A stretch of DNA of 64,000 nt, taken from positions 221,110-285,109 of the forward strand of contig JBGTBM010000010.1 in assembly GCA_041749335.1 (NCBI GenBank), read 5' to 3'. Below are positions 55,197-64,000 of the stretch, in pieces. Numbering within the stretch: the first letter of the stretch is position 1; each line of letters opens with the position of its first letter. Made by a program: the position numbers and the translations under genes. The notes beneath the pieces are model-generated. The model searched no databases and was not told the origin of the DNA. It was given only the letters and a program-made list of their open reading frames with translations. This stretch comes from Patescibacteria group bacterium. Its GTDB lineage: Bacteria > Patescibacteriota > JABMPQ01.

Positions 55197-57773
55197 TTAA
55201 CTGAATACTTGATAGTTAGAGCCATTATTGTCTTTGTATACCTCAATGCGGGACGGAAACGCGTCTTTTAGATCTTGAATATGAGTTACTACTATAATTT
55301 TTTTAAAATCATCTGCAATGGAATTTATTGCCTGAATTAAATTTTCACGGCCCATCATATCCTGGGTACCAAAGCCTTCATCAATCACTAAAAATTGCAG
55401 CCTGGCTCCGGTTCTATTCGCCAAAAGCCTTGATAGCGCGATCCTAATCGCAAAATTAATTCGGTAAGCTTCGCCTCCGGAAAACATTTCATAATTTCTC
55501 GTCCCATATTCATCCTCAATAATAATATCCAGCGTATCAATTAGATCGCCATCGGTTTTCTTTTCCTTTTTCGTTTTTAATTGTACCCTCATTTTGCCAT
55601 CGGTCATTTTATCGAGCAGCCGATTAGTATCGGCTTCTATTTCCGGCACCGCCGCTTCAATAATCATGGCCTGAATGCCATTTTTACCGAATGCTTTGAC
55701 TAATTCATCGGCGATAATCTTTTCTTGTAATTTTTCCGACTGGCTTTTTTTATTTTCTTTCAATTCTTTTTCCATTTTTTTAACCCTATGGATTTTTTCA
55801 TTTAAAGCGCCGGACTCGCCCTGCCTAGCGTTCATTTCTTTCCTCAAATCAACCAAGCGCTTATTTATTTCTATAATTTTGTTTTCAATTTTTTCCAGCT
55901 TTTCGTAATCCATCTTGATTTTATTTCTCCTGGTTTTATTCCGCAGCAATTCTTTCTCTTTTTCTATCCTGTTTTTTATTAACTTATTTAAATATATTTC
56001 CTGCTGTTTGATGCCCGACTTGATATTTTCCAGTTTATTTTTCTGCTCTTCATAAACGCTAAGATTGATTATTTCTTTTTTTATCTCTTCGTGCTTAGGT
56101 TCATTGTAATTTAATTTTTTTAAACGCCGATCAATCTCTTCTAATTTATGATGGTTGCCCTTGTCGTAAGTGCCAGTATCCAATTTTTGCTGGATGTCTT
56201 TCAGCGCTATTAAAATATTATCTTTCTCCGCTTGGTATTTTTTTAATTCCGCGATTTTATCATTCAATACCATTATTTGTCCTTCCAGCCGCGCCTTGGG
56301 TTCTGTTTTATTTTTATAATCTTCAATTTTGGTGATTATGTCTTTTTGTTTTGCTTCTAGTTTAGCGATAATCGTTCTGGTCTTCACATATTTTATCGCC
56401 ACCTGATTTTTTTTATTCAATAAGTCTTTTATCACATTCTTTTTATGAATATCCGACAGTAATTGCCCGCATAATGGGCAGTCCGAACCCTGCACGGAAT
56501 CCAGTTCAATGATCTTTTGCTTTAATTCTTTCCCCCTTGATTCCAGCTGACTAAAATTGGATTTAAATTCGTGTAGGTCGTCTATCAATGTTTTTAATAT
56601 ATTTTCCGCGCGTAACTTTTTTTCGGCAATTTTATTGATTAATTCAAGATCTTGTTTTATTTCCTTCAGCTGCGCTTGATATTGAGAATAATTAGTTAAA
56701 TCCCGTTCGATCGCGCCTAATCTATATTCCAAATTACCTTTTCTTTGCAAAATTTCGCTTTTTTTGTTTAAAATATTTTTTTCTGTATCATTTTTTTCGA
56801 AATCAATCTTACTTTTTATTTTAAGCAAATTTTCCATGTCTTCGTTTACTTTTTTTAGCTGCTGTAATTTTTTATACGATTTAATTATCTCCTCTTCGTT
56901 GATTAAAAATTTTTTATCCCGCTCGATATTGTCATAATTTTCGGTAATATCCGTATTAATTTTTTCCAGGTCTAATGAAATATTTTTGGTTCTTTCGTCC
57001 AGATTGCTGGCTTCATCAATTTTTTTATCTTGCAGCTCTTTCCCATGGTTTAAAATATTTAATTTTTGATCTAATTCATTGATTTGGTTTTCAATTTTAT
57101 CCAGATCTTTTTTCATCGTACGAGCTTCATCATCAAGGTTTTCCTTAATTTTAATTTCCGATTCAATAAATTCTATTTTTTTATTTAAGCTCTCCTGCTC
57201 AACAAACAAATTTCTTGCTATATCTTTTACCGCCAAAACCAGCTTATCGTAATAATGTAAATTTAATATTTGTGCGAGAACTTTTTTTCTTTCATTCGGC
57301 TTCTTGATGGTAAATTCATCAGCTCGCCCCTGCCGAATAAAAGCCGAATTAATAAAGGTATCGTAAGTCATTTTTAAGGTAGCAATAATGAAATCCTGGG
57401 TTTCAGCTTTTGTTCCGCCGGAAATTGAAATCCAATCAACTTCTTTTGAAGCATTATCGCCTCTTTTATAAAATTCTAAATTGCTCTGCCCTTTTCCGCT
57501 TTTAGATTTCTTTCTGATAACCCGGTATTCTTCATTGTTTAAAGAAAAAATAAAATCTACCCAGGCTTCATTAGCGCCTTGCCTGATTAAATCATCATCT
57601 GATTTTGCTCTTGATTTTCCCCATAAAGACCAGGCGATCGCTTCCAAGATCGTACTTTTGCCGACTCCGTTTAATCCCACCAAACAAGCTAAATCAATTT
57701 TAGTAAAATCCAATACATCCAGGTTTTCCCCGTATGACATGAAATTATTTAATTTTAATTTCTGTGGAATCAT
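55197..57773 (-). CDS. sbcC: SbcC-type DNA repair ATPase (Rad50-like)
   Basis: 858 aa; Walker A GLNGVGKST; long coiled coil with CPLCGQ zinc hook; C-terminal signature/Walker B/D-loop (LFLVIDEGFGTQD). Confidence 0.85.
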   Translation of the reverse strand: MIPQKLKLNNFMSYGENLDVLDFTKIDLACLVGLNGVGKSTILEAIAWSLWGKSRAKSDDDLIRQGANEAWVDFIFSLNNEEYRVIRKKSKSGKGQSNLEFYKRGDNASKEVDWISISGGTKAETQDFIIATLKMTYDTFINSAFIRQGRADEFTIKKPNERKKVLAQILNLHYYDKLVLAVKDIARNLFVEQESLNKKIEFIESEIKIKENLDDEARTMKKDLDKIENQINELDQKLNILNHGKELQDKKIDEASNLDERTKNISLDLEKINTDITENYDNIERDKKFLINEEEIIKSYKKLQQLKKVNEDMENLLKIKSKIDFEKNDTEKNILNKKSEILQRKGNLEYRLGAIERDLTNYSQYQAQLKEIKQDLELINKIAEKKLRAENILKTLIDDLHEFKSNFSQLESRGKELKQKIIELDSVQGSDCPLCGQLLSDIHKKNVIKDLLNKKNQVAIKYVKTRTIIAKLEAKQKDIITKIEDYKNKTEPKARLEGQIMVLNDKIAELKKYQAEKDNILIALKDIQQKLDTGTYDKGNHHKLEEIDRRLKKLNYNEPKHEEIKKEIINLSVYEEQKNKLENIKSGIKQQEIYLNKLIKNRIEKEKELLRNKTRRNKIKMDYEKLEKIENKIIEINKRLVDLRKEMNARQGESGALNEKIHRVKKMEKELKENKKSQSEKLQEKIIADELVKAFGKNGIQAMIIEAAVPEIEADTNRLLDKMTDGKMRVQLKTKKEKKTDGDLIDTLDIIIEDEYGTRNYEMFSGGEAYRINFAIRIALSRLLANRTGARLQFLVIDEGFGTQDMMGRENLIQAINSIADDFKKIIVVTHIQDLKDAFPSRIEVYKDNNGSNYQVFS

Positions 57774-57779
57774 GATTAA

Positions 57780-59048
57780 TTATTCTTCCAAGCTCTTAAT
57801 TATTTTTTCCGCATACCGCTTGTATGTCTGTAGCTGCTTATCCTTAATCCCCTTGCCGGATAAATACTTTTCCAAAGCCTTAATTGGGGAAAAACTTTCA
57901 ATATCCTTGATCTCTTCGCCCGCTTGGATTTGATTTTTTATTATTTCTTTATTGATTGAAGCAATATAATAAGCGCCGTCTAGATATTTCATTATCTCTT
58001 GGTTATTAATTAATCCGGCTAAATCTTCCGGAACTTTTATATTAACTTTCACCACCATTTCCTGAAAATCGTGCTTGCTTATTTCGGCCTTTATTATCTC
58101 CATTGGCTCTATGCAATTTTCTTCAATGTCAATTGTTAGTGATATAAATTTTCTCGCGGGAGTCTGAATAAAATTATATTTCGTTGGGGCATCTTTCTCG
58201 ATCTCAGCCGCTACAAATCCCTTATCTTCCGACTCTTCTGAAAAGTCCACTCGATCAATGCTGCCTGAATATATCACTGGAGGATTTTCCGACAATACTT
58301 GAAATTTATGCAAATGCCCCAAAGCAACATATTTCCACGGCTCCATTAAGTTCGTATGCGGAATTACAATATCGCTGCCGACATATACTTTTCTCTCCGC
58401 CCCAAAAACGGCTCCAGCTACCGTAGCATGCGCCACCATTACCGCCGCATATTGAGGATCAACCCGAGATGCCAAGTTTTTGATCACATCAGCGATTTTG
58501 TTTCCAATCAATTTATTCACTTCTTCAATCGTTTTATCTTTATAATCCTTTTTTCCTATTAGCTCACTTTTTGAAATCCAAGGAAGCGCCGCGATCTGAA
58601 AACACTCGTTGGCAAATCCCGGCACGCTTACGTCATTGGCTAATTGCCAGCTTTTTTCACCCATCTTGCGGAATTTAAAAATTTGCGGATCTTTTGCAAT
58701 GTACACATTTTCCACTTCCAAAGTTTTATATATATCCAATGAATCAGCCTTGCCAAAAGCATTGGGCAAATCATGGTTGCCAATCACTAAAATTACCTGA
58801 ATATTATTCCGAGATAATTTTTTTATTCTTTTAGCAAACTCCCTTTGCTGCGTCTGGGTAGGCTCTCTGGTTTTGAAAGCATCACCGGCAAATAAAAAAA
58901 ATTCTATCTGGTTTTCGATAGCATAATCAATCGCATAATCAAAATTTTTTAAAAAATCAAGCAATCTGGAGTTGATGCCTGATTTATCCGTCCGGCCGTA
59001 ATTTTCCATTCCCAAATGAATGTCGGCTAAATGTAAAATTTTTACCAT
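57780..59048 (-). CDS. sbcD: SbcD-type nuclease (Mre11-like calcineurin phosphoesterase)
   Basis: 422 aa; MVKILHLADIHLG ... FLFAGDAF ... GNHD ... GHLH phosphoesterase motifs. Confidence 0.9.
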   Translation of the reverse strand: MVKILHLADIHLGMENYGRTDKSGINSRLLDFLKNFDYAIDYAIENQIEFFLFAGDAFKTREPTQTQQREFAKRIKKLSRNNIQVILVIGNHDLPNAFGKADSLDIYKTLEVENVYIAKDPQIFKFRKMGEKSWQLANDVSVPGFANECFQIAALPWISKSELIGKKDYKDKTIEEVNKLIGNKIADVIKNLASRVDPQYAAVMVAHATVAGAVFGAERKVYVGSDIVIPHTNLMEPWKYVALGHLHKFQVLSENPPVIYSGSIDRVDFSEESEDKGFVAAEIEKDAPTKYNFIQTPARKFISLTIDIEENCIEPMEIIKAEISKHDFQEMVVKVNIKVPEDLAGLINNQEIMKYLDGAYYIASINKEIIKNQIQAGEEIKDIESFSPIKALEKYLSGKGIKDKQLQTYKRYAEKIIKSLEE

Positions 59049-59080
59049 AAAATAATTTTCAGTTCATCATACTATATTAC

Positions 59081-59109
59081 TTGCATCATTTCAATAACTT
59101 TATTATAAT
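59081..59109 (+). promoter_or_regulatory. sigma70-like promoter for the tRNA cluster
   Basis: TTGCAT (59081-59086), 17-nt spacer, TATAAT (59104-59109), about 60 nt upstream of tRNA-fMet. Confidence 0.45.
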
Positions 59110-59168
59110 AGGAAAGAATATTTTCGCGTAAACCTACAACGCCAAAATATCCGAAAATGCCATATTAA

Positions 59169-59245
59169 CGCGGGGTGGAGCAGTCTGGCAGCTCGTGAGG
59201 CTCATAACCTCAAGGTCGCTGGTTCAAATCCAGCCCCCGCAACCA
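59169..59245 (+). tRNA. tRNA-Met (CAT), initiator type (C1:A72 mismatch), CCA encoded
   Basis: cgcggggtggagcag...ggctCATaacc...ggttcaaatccagcccccgcaacca; acceptor 5' CGCGGGG pairs with CCCCGCA except at position 1/72. Confidence 0.8.
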
Positions 59246-59480
59246 TTTGACTTAAAATTCCAAGAGACAAGCACCAAATTCCAAACTATTTTTTCAAGCA
59301 AAATTTCTTGCTTTGCCGCATCTCCGTTTGGTTATTGATATTTGTAGATTGGAATTTGTTTGTAATTTATTTGATAAAATAATTATTCAAGACAGCGCCC
59401 TGTTAGAAGTATCTGTAATTAATATAAGGAAGATAATAAATTGTTAGATAGGGGCTTTTGATTATTAATACTTCTAACTG

Positions 59481-59554
59481 GGCAGGGTAGCTCACCTGGT
59501 TAGAGCGCGAGACTCATAAGCTCGAGGTAGTGGGTTCGAGTCCCACCCCTGCTA
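59481..59554 (+). tRNA. tRNA with CAT anticodon (elongator Met or lysidine-modified Ile2), CCA not encoded
   Basis: ggcagggtagctcacctggttagagcgcgagactCATaagctcgaggtagtgggttcgagtcccacccctgcta; cloverleaf with one G-U pair in the acceptor stem. Confidence 0.7.
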
Positions 59555-59669
59555 TATATTTTCTCAATAAATTTCAAACGCTAAATTTTGTTCGATGCTT
59601 TTTAAAATTATTTCCGCATTTTAATTTAATAATTGCTATTTGTTGGTTGTTAATTTGATTATTTATTTT

Positions 59670-59743
59670 GGGCTCGTAGCTTAGCGGTTTAAAGCGCCTG
59701 CCTGTCACGCAGGAGATCGCCGGTTCAAATCCGGTCGGGCCCG
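59670..59743 (+). tRNA. tRNA-Asp (GTC), CCA not encoded
   Basis: gggctcgtagcttagcggtttaaagcgcctgcctGTCacgcaggagatcgccggttcaaatccggtcgggcccg. Confidence 0.8.
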
Positions 59744-59765
59744 TTTTTTATTATTTTTAAATTAA

Positions 59766-59800
59766 ATAAAAACTCCCTGAATTTTTCAAGGAGTTTTATT
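59766..59800. terminator. bidirectional terminator between the tRNA cluster and the convergent membrane-protein gene
   Basis: aaaaCTCCCTGAAtttTTCAAGGAGtttta flanked by A- and T-runs. Confidence 0.55.
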
Positions 59801-59817
59801 TTAAAGCTTATGCTATT

Positions 59818-60780
59818 TTATTGCTTGTTCTTACCGCTTTTTCTTCTTACCGCCCACACGATCAACCATATTAATATGGCTACCGGACCGACAAAGATTA
59901 TCGCCCAAACCAAGACATCCGCCAGCCATTGCAGGGACTGCACCCAATAACTGAAAGCCGTTTTAAAATTATTGAGCGGACGCCACTTGGAAGTCGGCAC
60001 CTCCACCCTCACCTCCTCTACCAAATAGATTGTAATGGTGGAAAAATCAGTCACGCTTTCTAAATATTTCAATCGGCCTTCAATCGTCTCAATATTGCCT
60101 CTGACGATAGACAGCTGTTTAGTAACTTTTAGAATATCGTCAATCGTCGTCGCTTTTTCCAAAATACTTAAATATTGTTCTTCTTCGGCCCGATAATTTT
60201 TCAGTTGCGCCTGCAAATCCACATATTCCTCGGTAACATCTTTGCCCGAGATATCTTCTCTTTCAATATTTATAGCTAATTTTTTAATCTGCTCATAAAC
60301 ATTTTCAAATTTATCCGCGGGAACTTTAATCGTAATTGTGCTATTTTGCTTTCCGTCGGAATCAGTCCGGGTATTAGCGCTTTGCACAAAACCCTCGCTT
60401 GCTTGCGCGATATCGGTTATTTCACTGCCGGCATCATCAATTTCTTCCACCTCTATCTTCATGCTGCCCGTCTTGATAACTTTTTTTTCGGTTATTTCTC
60501 CGGCCGCTGTGCTTATTACTTTATCTTCTACAACGTCTAGGTCTTCATTGCCGATATATTCTGGCGCTCCTTCCTCTACTACCGCTTCCTTCGCCAATGA
60601 GTCTTCTCCTTGATAACTTTCGCTGGAATAATAATCAACCGAATCGCTGGTTTTATTATTGGAAACTTGCGCGATCCAATATATCATCACCGCAATCCCG
60701 ATAGTAGCGATAATAAAGAAAACCACTAGGCTTAACAATATCCACAGCCAGGCCTTTTTCTTTTTTGTTTTTGTTGGCAT
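59818..60780 (-). CDS. bitopic membrane protein with coiled-coil ectodomain (DUF4349-like)
   Basis: 320 aa; N-terminal TM WLWILLSLVVFFIIATIGIAVMIYWI, central coiled coil, C-terminal TM VLVWAIIFVGPVAILIWLIVWAV. Confidence 0.45.
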   Translation of the reverse strand: MPTKTKKKKAWLWILLSLVVFFIIATIGIAVMIYWIAQVSNNKTSDSVDYYSSESYQGEDSLAKEAVVEEGAPEYIGNEDLDVVEDKVISTAAGEITEKKVIKTGSMKIEVEEIDDAGSEITDIAQASEGFVQSANTRTDSDGKQNSTITIKVPADKFENVYEQIKKLAINIEREDISGKDVTEEYVDLQAQLKNYRAEEEQYLSILEKATTIDDILKVTKQLSIVRGNIETIEGRLKYLESVTDFSTITIYLVEEVRVEVPTSKWRPLNNFKTAFSYWVQSLQWLADVLVWAIIFVGPVAILIWLIVWAVRRKSGKNKQ

Positions 60781-60785
60781 TTTTT

Positions 60786-61730
60786 TTATTTATTTATTAA
60801 AAATAATAATTTTTTCATTTCATCATCAATATGTTTTTGCATGATGCCAATAATATGCTTGTTCTTTTCTTTAAATAAATGGCTGAATCGCCCTTGATGT
60901 TTAATAAATTCCGTTATTGGCTTTCTTTTAGCGGGCTGGTAATTCAACCGGTACTTCCCGTTAATAATTTCATATAGCGGCCAAAAATTTGTTTCCACTC
61001 CCAAGCGGGCCATGGTTATTCCCATGTCTTCGGGAAATTTCCAGCCCAGCGTACAGGGGGCAAGAACATTGATAAAAGCCGGGCCTTTAACGGCTAAACC
61101 TTTTCTGACTTTTCTCAAAAAATCTTCCCGATGAGACACGGCAACAGTCGCCGCATATTCAATATCATGAGCCGCGACTATTTTGGTAAGATTTTTCCGA
61201 AAAACATTTTTACCATCCTGTTTCTTGCCATCTGGCGTAGTTGATGTAACAGCGCCATAAGGCGTGGCTGATGACCTTTGGTTGCCGGTATTCATATAGC
61301 CGCCGTTATCGTAACAGACAAACAAAAAATTGTGTCTTCTTTCCAATGCTCCCGAGAGCGCCTGTAGACCGATATCATATGAGCCGCCATCTCCGGCAAA
61401 GACGATAAATTTTGGCTCTTCCTCGACTTTAATTTTTCCCTGTTTTTTCAAAGATTTATAAGCCGACTCTACTCCCGAGATTGTTGCGGCCGCATTGCCA
61501 AAAACGCTATGAATATACGGCACATTCCAAGAAGTATAGGGGTAGATAGTGGTAGTTACCTCCATGCACCCGGTGGCATTTGCCACCACGCATGGCCCCT
61601 TAACCTGAGATAATACATAGCGAGCAGTATGCGGGACAGCGGTACATCCACGGCAGCTGCGATGACCCGAAGCTAACTTTTGACAATTTTCCATATTTTT
61701 TTCAATATTAATACTATTCATTATAATCAA
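60786..61730 (-). CDS. porB: 2-oxoacid (pyruvate):ferredoxin oxidoreductase beta subunit (TPP-binding)
   Basis: 314 aa; N-terminal CRGCTAVPH; TPP-binding FAGDGGSYDIGLQALSGALERRHNFLFVCYDNGGYMNTGNQRSSATP. Confidence 0.85.
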   Translation of the reverse strand: MIIMNSINIEKNMENCQKLASGHRSCRGCTAVPHTARYVLSQVKGPCVVANATGCMEVTTTIYPYTSWNVPYIHSVFGNAAATISGVESAYKSLKKQGKIKVEEEPKFIVFAGDGGSYDIGLQALSGALERRHNFLFVCYDNGGYMNTGNQRSSATPYGAVTSTTPDGKKQDGKNVFRKNLTKIVAAHDIEYAATVAVSHREDFLRKVRKGLAVKGPAFINVLAPCTLGWKFPEDMGITMARLGVETNFWPLYEIINGKYRLNYQPAKRKPITEFIKHQGRFSHLFKEKNKHIIGIMQKHIDDEMKKLLFLINK

Positions 61731-61773
61731 TTTCTTTATAAAAATAAATAAAACTCCAAGATAATTCTTGGAG

Positions 61774-62277
61774 CTAGATTAACATTCCAAATTTTTGAGC
61801 AAATTCCAGCGCTTCGGCTTCGCTTAAACCATAATTAATATCTTCGGATTTTATCAATTTTATTTTTTCACCGTCTCTTTCAACCAGATACCCGCCATCA
61901 GCCTGTTTTCGAGCAAAATATTTTTTATCTCTTTCAAATTCAATTAAACCCATGGCGATAATGTTTCCAAAACTGGCGCCGGTTTTGTGGCTAAAGATTA
62001 CCACCGAAACATACCTGACCGCCAAATCCGTGTCTGCGCCAAAATTTGTTTTAATTAAATTGACACAAACCCAAGCTCCGCCCCGCTTGATAAACCGATC
62101 AGCGCCGCCAGCAATAGAAAGCCAGCCAATCCCCTTCTGCCGGCCGCACAATTCACCAAGATCAGCAACAAGCGCGCTTTCCAGAGCGCCTTGATTTTTT
62201 AAATTAGCGCTCAAAAGATATTTCCGGTAAATTTGTTGAGATAATTCTAGGCACTGGCGCACGATCTCGTTATACAT
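61774..62277 (-). CDS. hypothetical protein co-directional and immediately upstream of porB
   Basis: 167 aa; no match to PFOR alpha/gamma/delta subunit signatures (no GxGGQG, no Cys cluster). Confidence 0.45.
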   Translation of the reverse strand: MYNEIVRQCLELSQQIYRKYLLSANLKNQGALESALVADLGELCGRQKGIGWLSIAGGADRFIKRGGAWVCVNLIKTNFGADTDLAVRYVSVVIFSHKTGASFGNIIAMGLIEFERDKKYFARKQADGGYLVERDGEKIKLIKSEDINYGLSEAEALEFAQKFGMLI

Positions 62278-62457
62278 TCTTCACCTTCCGCCTATCTTGG
62301 TTAGCACCTTAGATCTTACCTTTTTTCTCTTAATATGGAATTTATAAAATGAACGATTTGTAAATAATATCTAAAATAAATTAATCGAGCAAGCCTTGAC
62401 TAAAATAAGAATGTATTATATTTTTTAGTGATGTTCATTGCACACAGGGAGGACAAG

Positions 62458-62793
62458 ATGAGCGACCAGAGAGTATTTTTTTCAATCGCCGCCATTAAGG
62501 ACAAATTCAAAAATTCCAAACTTTTGCCGATTCTTGTAAAAATTTTTGTAGCCACCAATGGTTTGCGTGAGAAAAGCTCGGTTCGCTTATCTGGTGAAGA
62601 AAAAATTTTGCTAATAAATGAATGTAAAAATAAGGGATTCGAACCCGCTTGGTCCCTAATGACTTGCCTGGGAACACTTTTCCCCGATGTCGATGAAATT
62701 CTGGCTAGAGATAAATTCAAAAAAGCCACCGGACTCGAAATCTCAGTAATCATCAATCAATTCTTTGCCCTCATCAAAATCAATACTTGTTGA
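62458..62793 (+). CDS. hypothetical small protein (111 aa)
   Basis: Strong SD GGGAGG 5 nt before ATG at 62458 (MSDQRVFFSIAAIKDKF...). Preferred over the overlapping antisense ORF 62400..62756 and over the longer track start at 62428. Confidence 0.45.
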   Translation: MSDQRVFFSIAAIKDKFKNSKLLPILVKIFVATNGLREKSSVRLSGEEKILLINECKNKGFEPAWSLMTCLGTLFPDVDEILARDKFKKATGLEISVIINQFFALIKINTC

Positions 62794-63985
62794 ACCAAGC
62801 CCTTTTGCTTGGTTTTCTTATTGCCAATAGAATAAAGGCTAAAAGCAAAATACTTCCAATGATAATTAAATCATTGATTTTTATTCCCGCCGCAGGGATA
62901 TCTCCTGCTCCAAACACATTTTTTCCGGTTTGCAAATCCTCCTGGTATCGAGGCATAACGCGATATCCGGTGGAAGTTTGCCCGACCACACCGGTTATTG
63001 TTACCCAATCGCCTTTCTTCCATTCCGGTTTTTTGATATTGGTAGATTTTTGAATATAAATTTTTATTTCTCCGCTGCCGTCATCGATATAAAAGGTATT
63101 GCCTGATTGTTTGGTAATCTGTCCGGATACTCTTACCAGGCTGCCTTCAAAATTTTCTTTGACTGATCCGGTGGTTATTTCCGCCGGAGTCCGATTATTG
63201 CCGGCTGAAATTATTTTAATATCATTTTTATCGGCAATATTGATTTTTTTCTCTCCGCTTATTTCTGAAACTTTTCCCGAAACTTCAATCTGATCGCCTA
63301 ATTTGAGATTAGGGAAATCCTTTTTAGAAAAATAAATCTGCACTCCGGCCGTATCGTCCTGAATATAAAAGTAAGTTTCACTTATTACTTTGGGAGGAAC
63401 CGTTACCACGCCGCGAACCTTCACAGCGGTATTTTTATCTTTGGCTTTGGCTTGGCTAATGGAAATTATATTTATTTCGTCAGCCTCTGAATCACTACTC
63501 GCGCTTACAGTAGTGGAACTTGAATTTACGGACGCGGCATCTGATTCATCATCATCTTCCTCTTCCGCCGGCAGATTAATAACATTTTTCTTGCCCGGCG
63601 TTAAGGTATTAGTCCATTGAAAACTCCCCAAATCGTCTCGGGCATATGACTGATCGTCCTTGGCGCTGCCTTCATATCTTTGTTCATCGGCTATCTTTTC
63701 ATCCGGTGAAATTAATCTCACCGCGTCCCCCGAATTATTGATAGAAATTTTTGTGTCGCTATTATAAAAAACCAGATACCCGCCGGCCGCAATTGACGTT
63801 CCTTCTGAAATCGTATACGGGCTGCTACCGCCGTCTTCATCATCAATTTTCCATCCGGAAAGATTTACCGCCGCCTTCCCTTGATTATAAAGCTCAATAA
63901 ATTCGGCATTGGTGTCTGTGCCCGCGGGATTAGGTAAAAATTCATTCACAATCACTTGGTCAGAATAGGGGCCGGAATCAATCAT
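62780..63985 (-). CDS. cell-surface protein with lamin-tail domain (LTD) and OB-fold domain, C-terminal TM anchor; N-terminus may lie beyond the window end
   Basis: VIVNEFLPNPAGTDTNAEFIELYNQGKAAVNLSGWKIDDEDGG is a textbook LTD; VKVRGVVTVPPKVISETYFYIQDDTAGVQIYF...GDQIEVSGKVSEISGEKKINI is OB-fold-like; C-terminal IIIGSILLLAFILLAI anchor. The reading frame is open through position 64000. Confidence 0.6.
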   Translation of the reverse strand: MIDSGPYSDQVIVNEFLPNPAGTDTNAEFIELYNQGKAAVNLSGWKIDDEDGGSSPYTISEGTSIAAGGYLVFYNSDTKISINNSGDAVRLISPDEKIADEQRYEGSAKDDQSYARDDLGSFQWTNTLTPGKKNVINLPAEEEDDDESDAASVNSSSTTVSASSDSEADEINIISISQAKAKDKNTAVKVRGVVTVPPKVISETYFYIQDDTAGVQIYFSKKDFPNLKLGDQIEVSGKVSEISGEKKINIADKNDIKIISAGNNRTPAEITTGSVKENFEGSLVRVSGQITKQSGNTFYIDDGSGEIKIYIQKSTNIKKPEWKKGDWVTITGVVGQTSTGYRVMPRYQEDLQTGKNVFGAGDIPAAGIKINDLIIIGSILLLAFILLAIRKPSKRAWFNKY

Positions 63986-64000
63986 GCTTTTTTCCGCTAT

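Noticed and set aside
62400-62756. 118-aa minus-strand ORF overlapping the + strand ORF 62428..62793
   Set aside because: The + strand frame has a strong SD (GGGAGG) 5 nt before ATG 62458 and a balanced composition. The minus-strand frame looks like a low-complexity antisense shadow (Ser/Leu/Phe-rich, no RBS).
1-64000. Alternative genetic code (UGA recoding, as in some CPR lineages)
   Set aside because: Long conserved proteins (DnaE, GyrB, PheT, RNR, SbcC) are intact with the standard code and end at UGA/UAA/UAG in conserved positions.
1-64000. CRISPR arrays, transposases, integrases, prophage blocks
   Set aside because: No spaced direct-repeat arrays and no transposase, integrase or phage structural protein motifs seen. 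The lone baseplate-J-like gene has no phage neighbours.

Overview
64 kb of a low-GC (roughly 33-36% GC) bacterial chromosome, densely packed with about 60 protein genes and 3 tRNAs. UGA acts as a stop codon under the standard code. The gene content (small proteins, little intergenic space, frequent lack of Shine-Dalgarno sequences, large secreted or anchored surface proteins) looks like a reduced-genome lineage such as the Candidate Phyla Radiation / Patescibacteria; that placement is inference only. Housekeeping genes make up most of the window: ribosomal L25 (partial), ftsW, dnaE, thrS, nrdR plus a B12-type ribonucleotide reductase, scpAB, a tmk-folA-thyA-dut cluster, gatB, miaB-miaA, a secE-nusG-rplK-rplA cluster, gyrB, pheST, trxB, sbcCD, PFOR beta, and tRNA-fMet/Met/Asp. 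Accessory, cell-surface content: rmlB and rmlC-like genes; three GT4 and one GT2 glycosyltransferases; an O-antigen-ligase-like membrane protein; a 1009-aa anchored glycoside-hydrolase / FG-GAP propeller protein; a membrane-anchored cupredoxin; a GGDEF protein; several secreted proteins with calcium-binding TSP3-like repeats; and a family of three paralogous secreted surface proteins. The most striking feature is that this paralog family carries 8-11 nt C/G homopolymer tracts, which is anomalous for this composition. Two sit in the -35/-10 spacer of near-identical promoters with different tract lengths (9 vs 11), and one sits inside the coding sequence. This is the classic signature of phase variation by slipped-strand mispairing. 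Other items worth a second look: a ~440 nt structured non-coding island with an orphan G8 tract; a recurring T/G-rich intergenic element; a lipid-headgroup gene pair inserted into the nusG-rplK-rplA cluster; a GC-rich (~50%) DHH-family gene that looks horizontally acquired; a consensus-promoter / small-ORF / terminator unit in front of the GGDEF gene; and a baseplate-J-like signature in a membrane-anchored protein with no phage context. I saw no CRISPR array, transposase or integrase.
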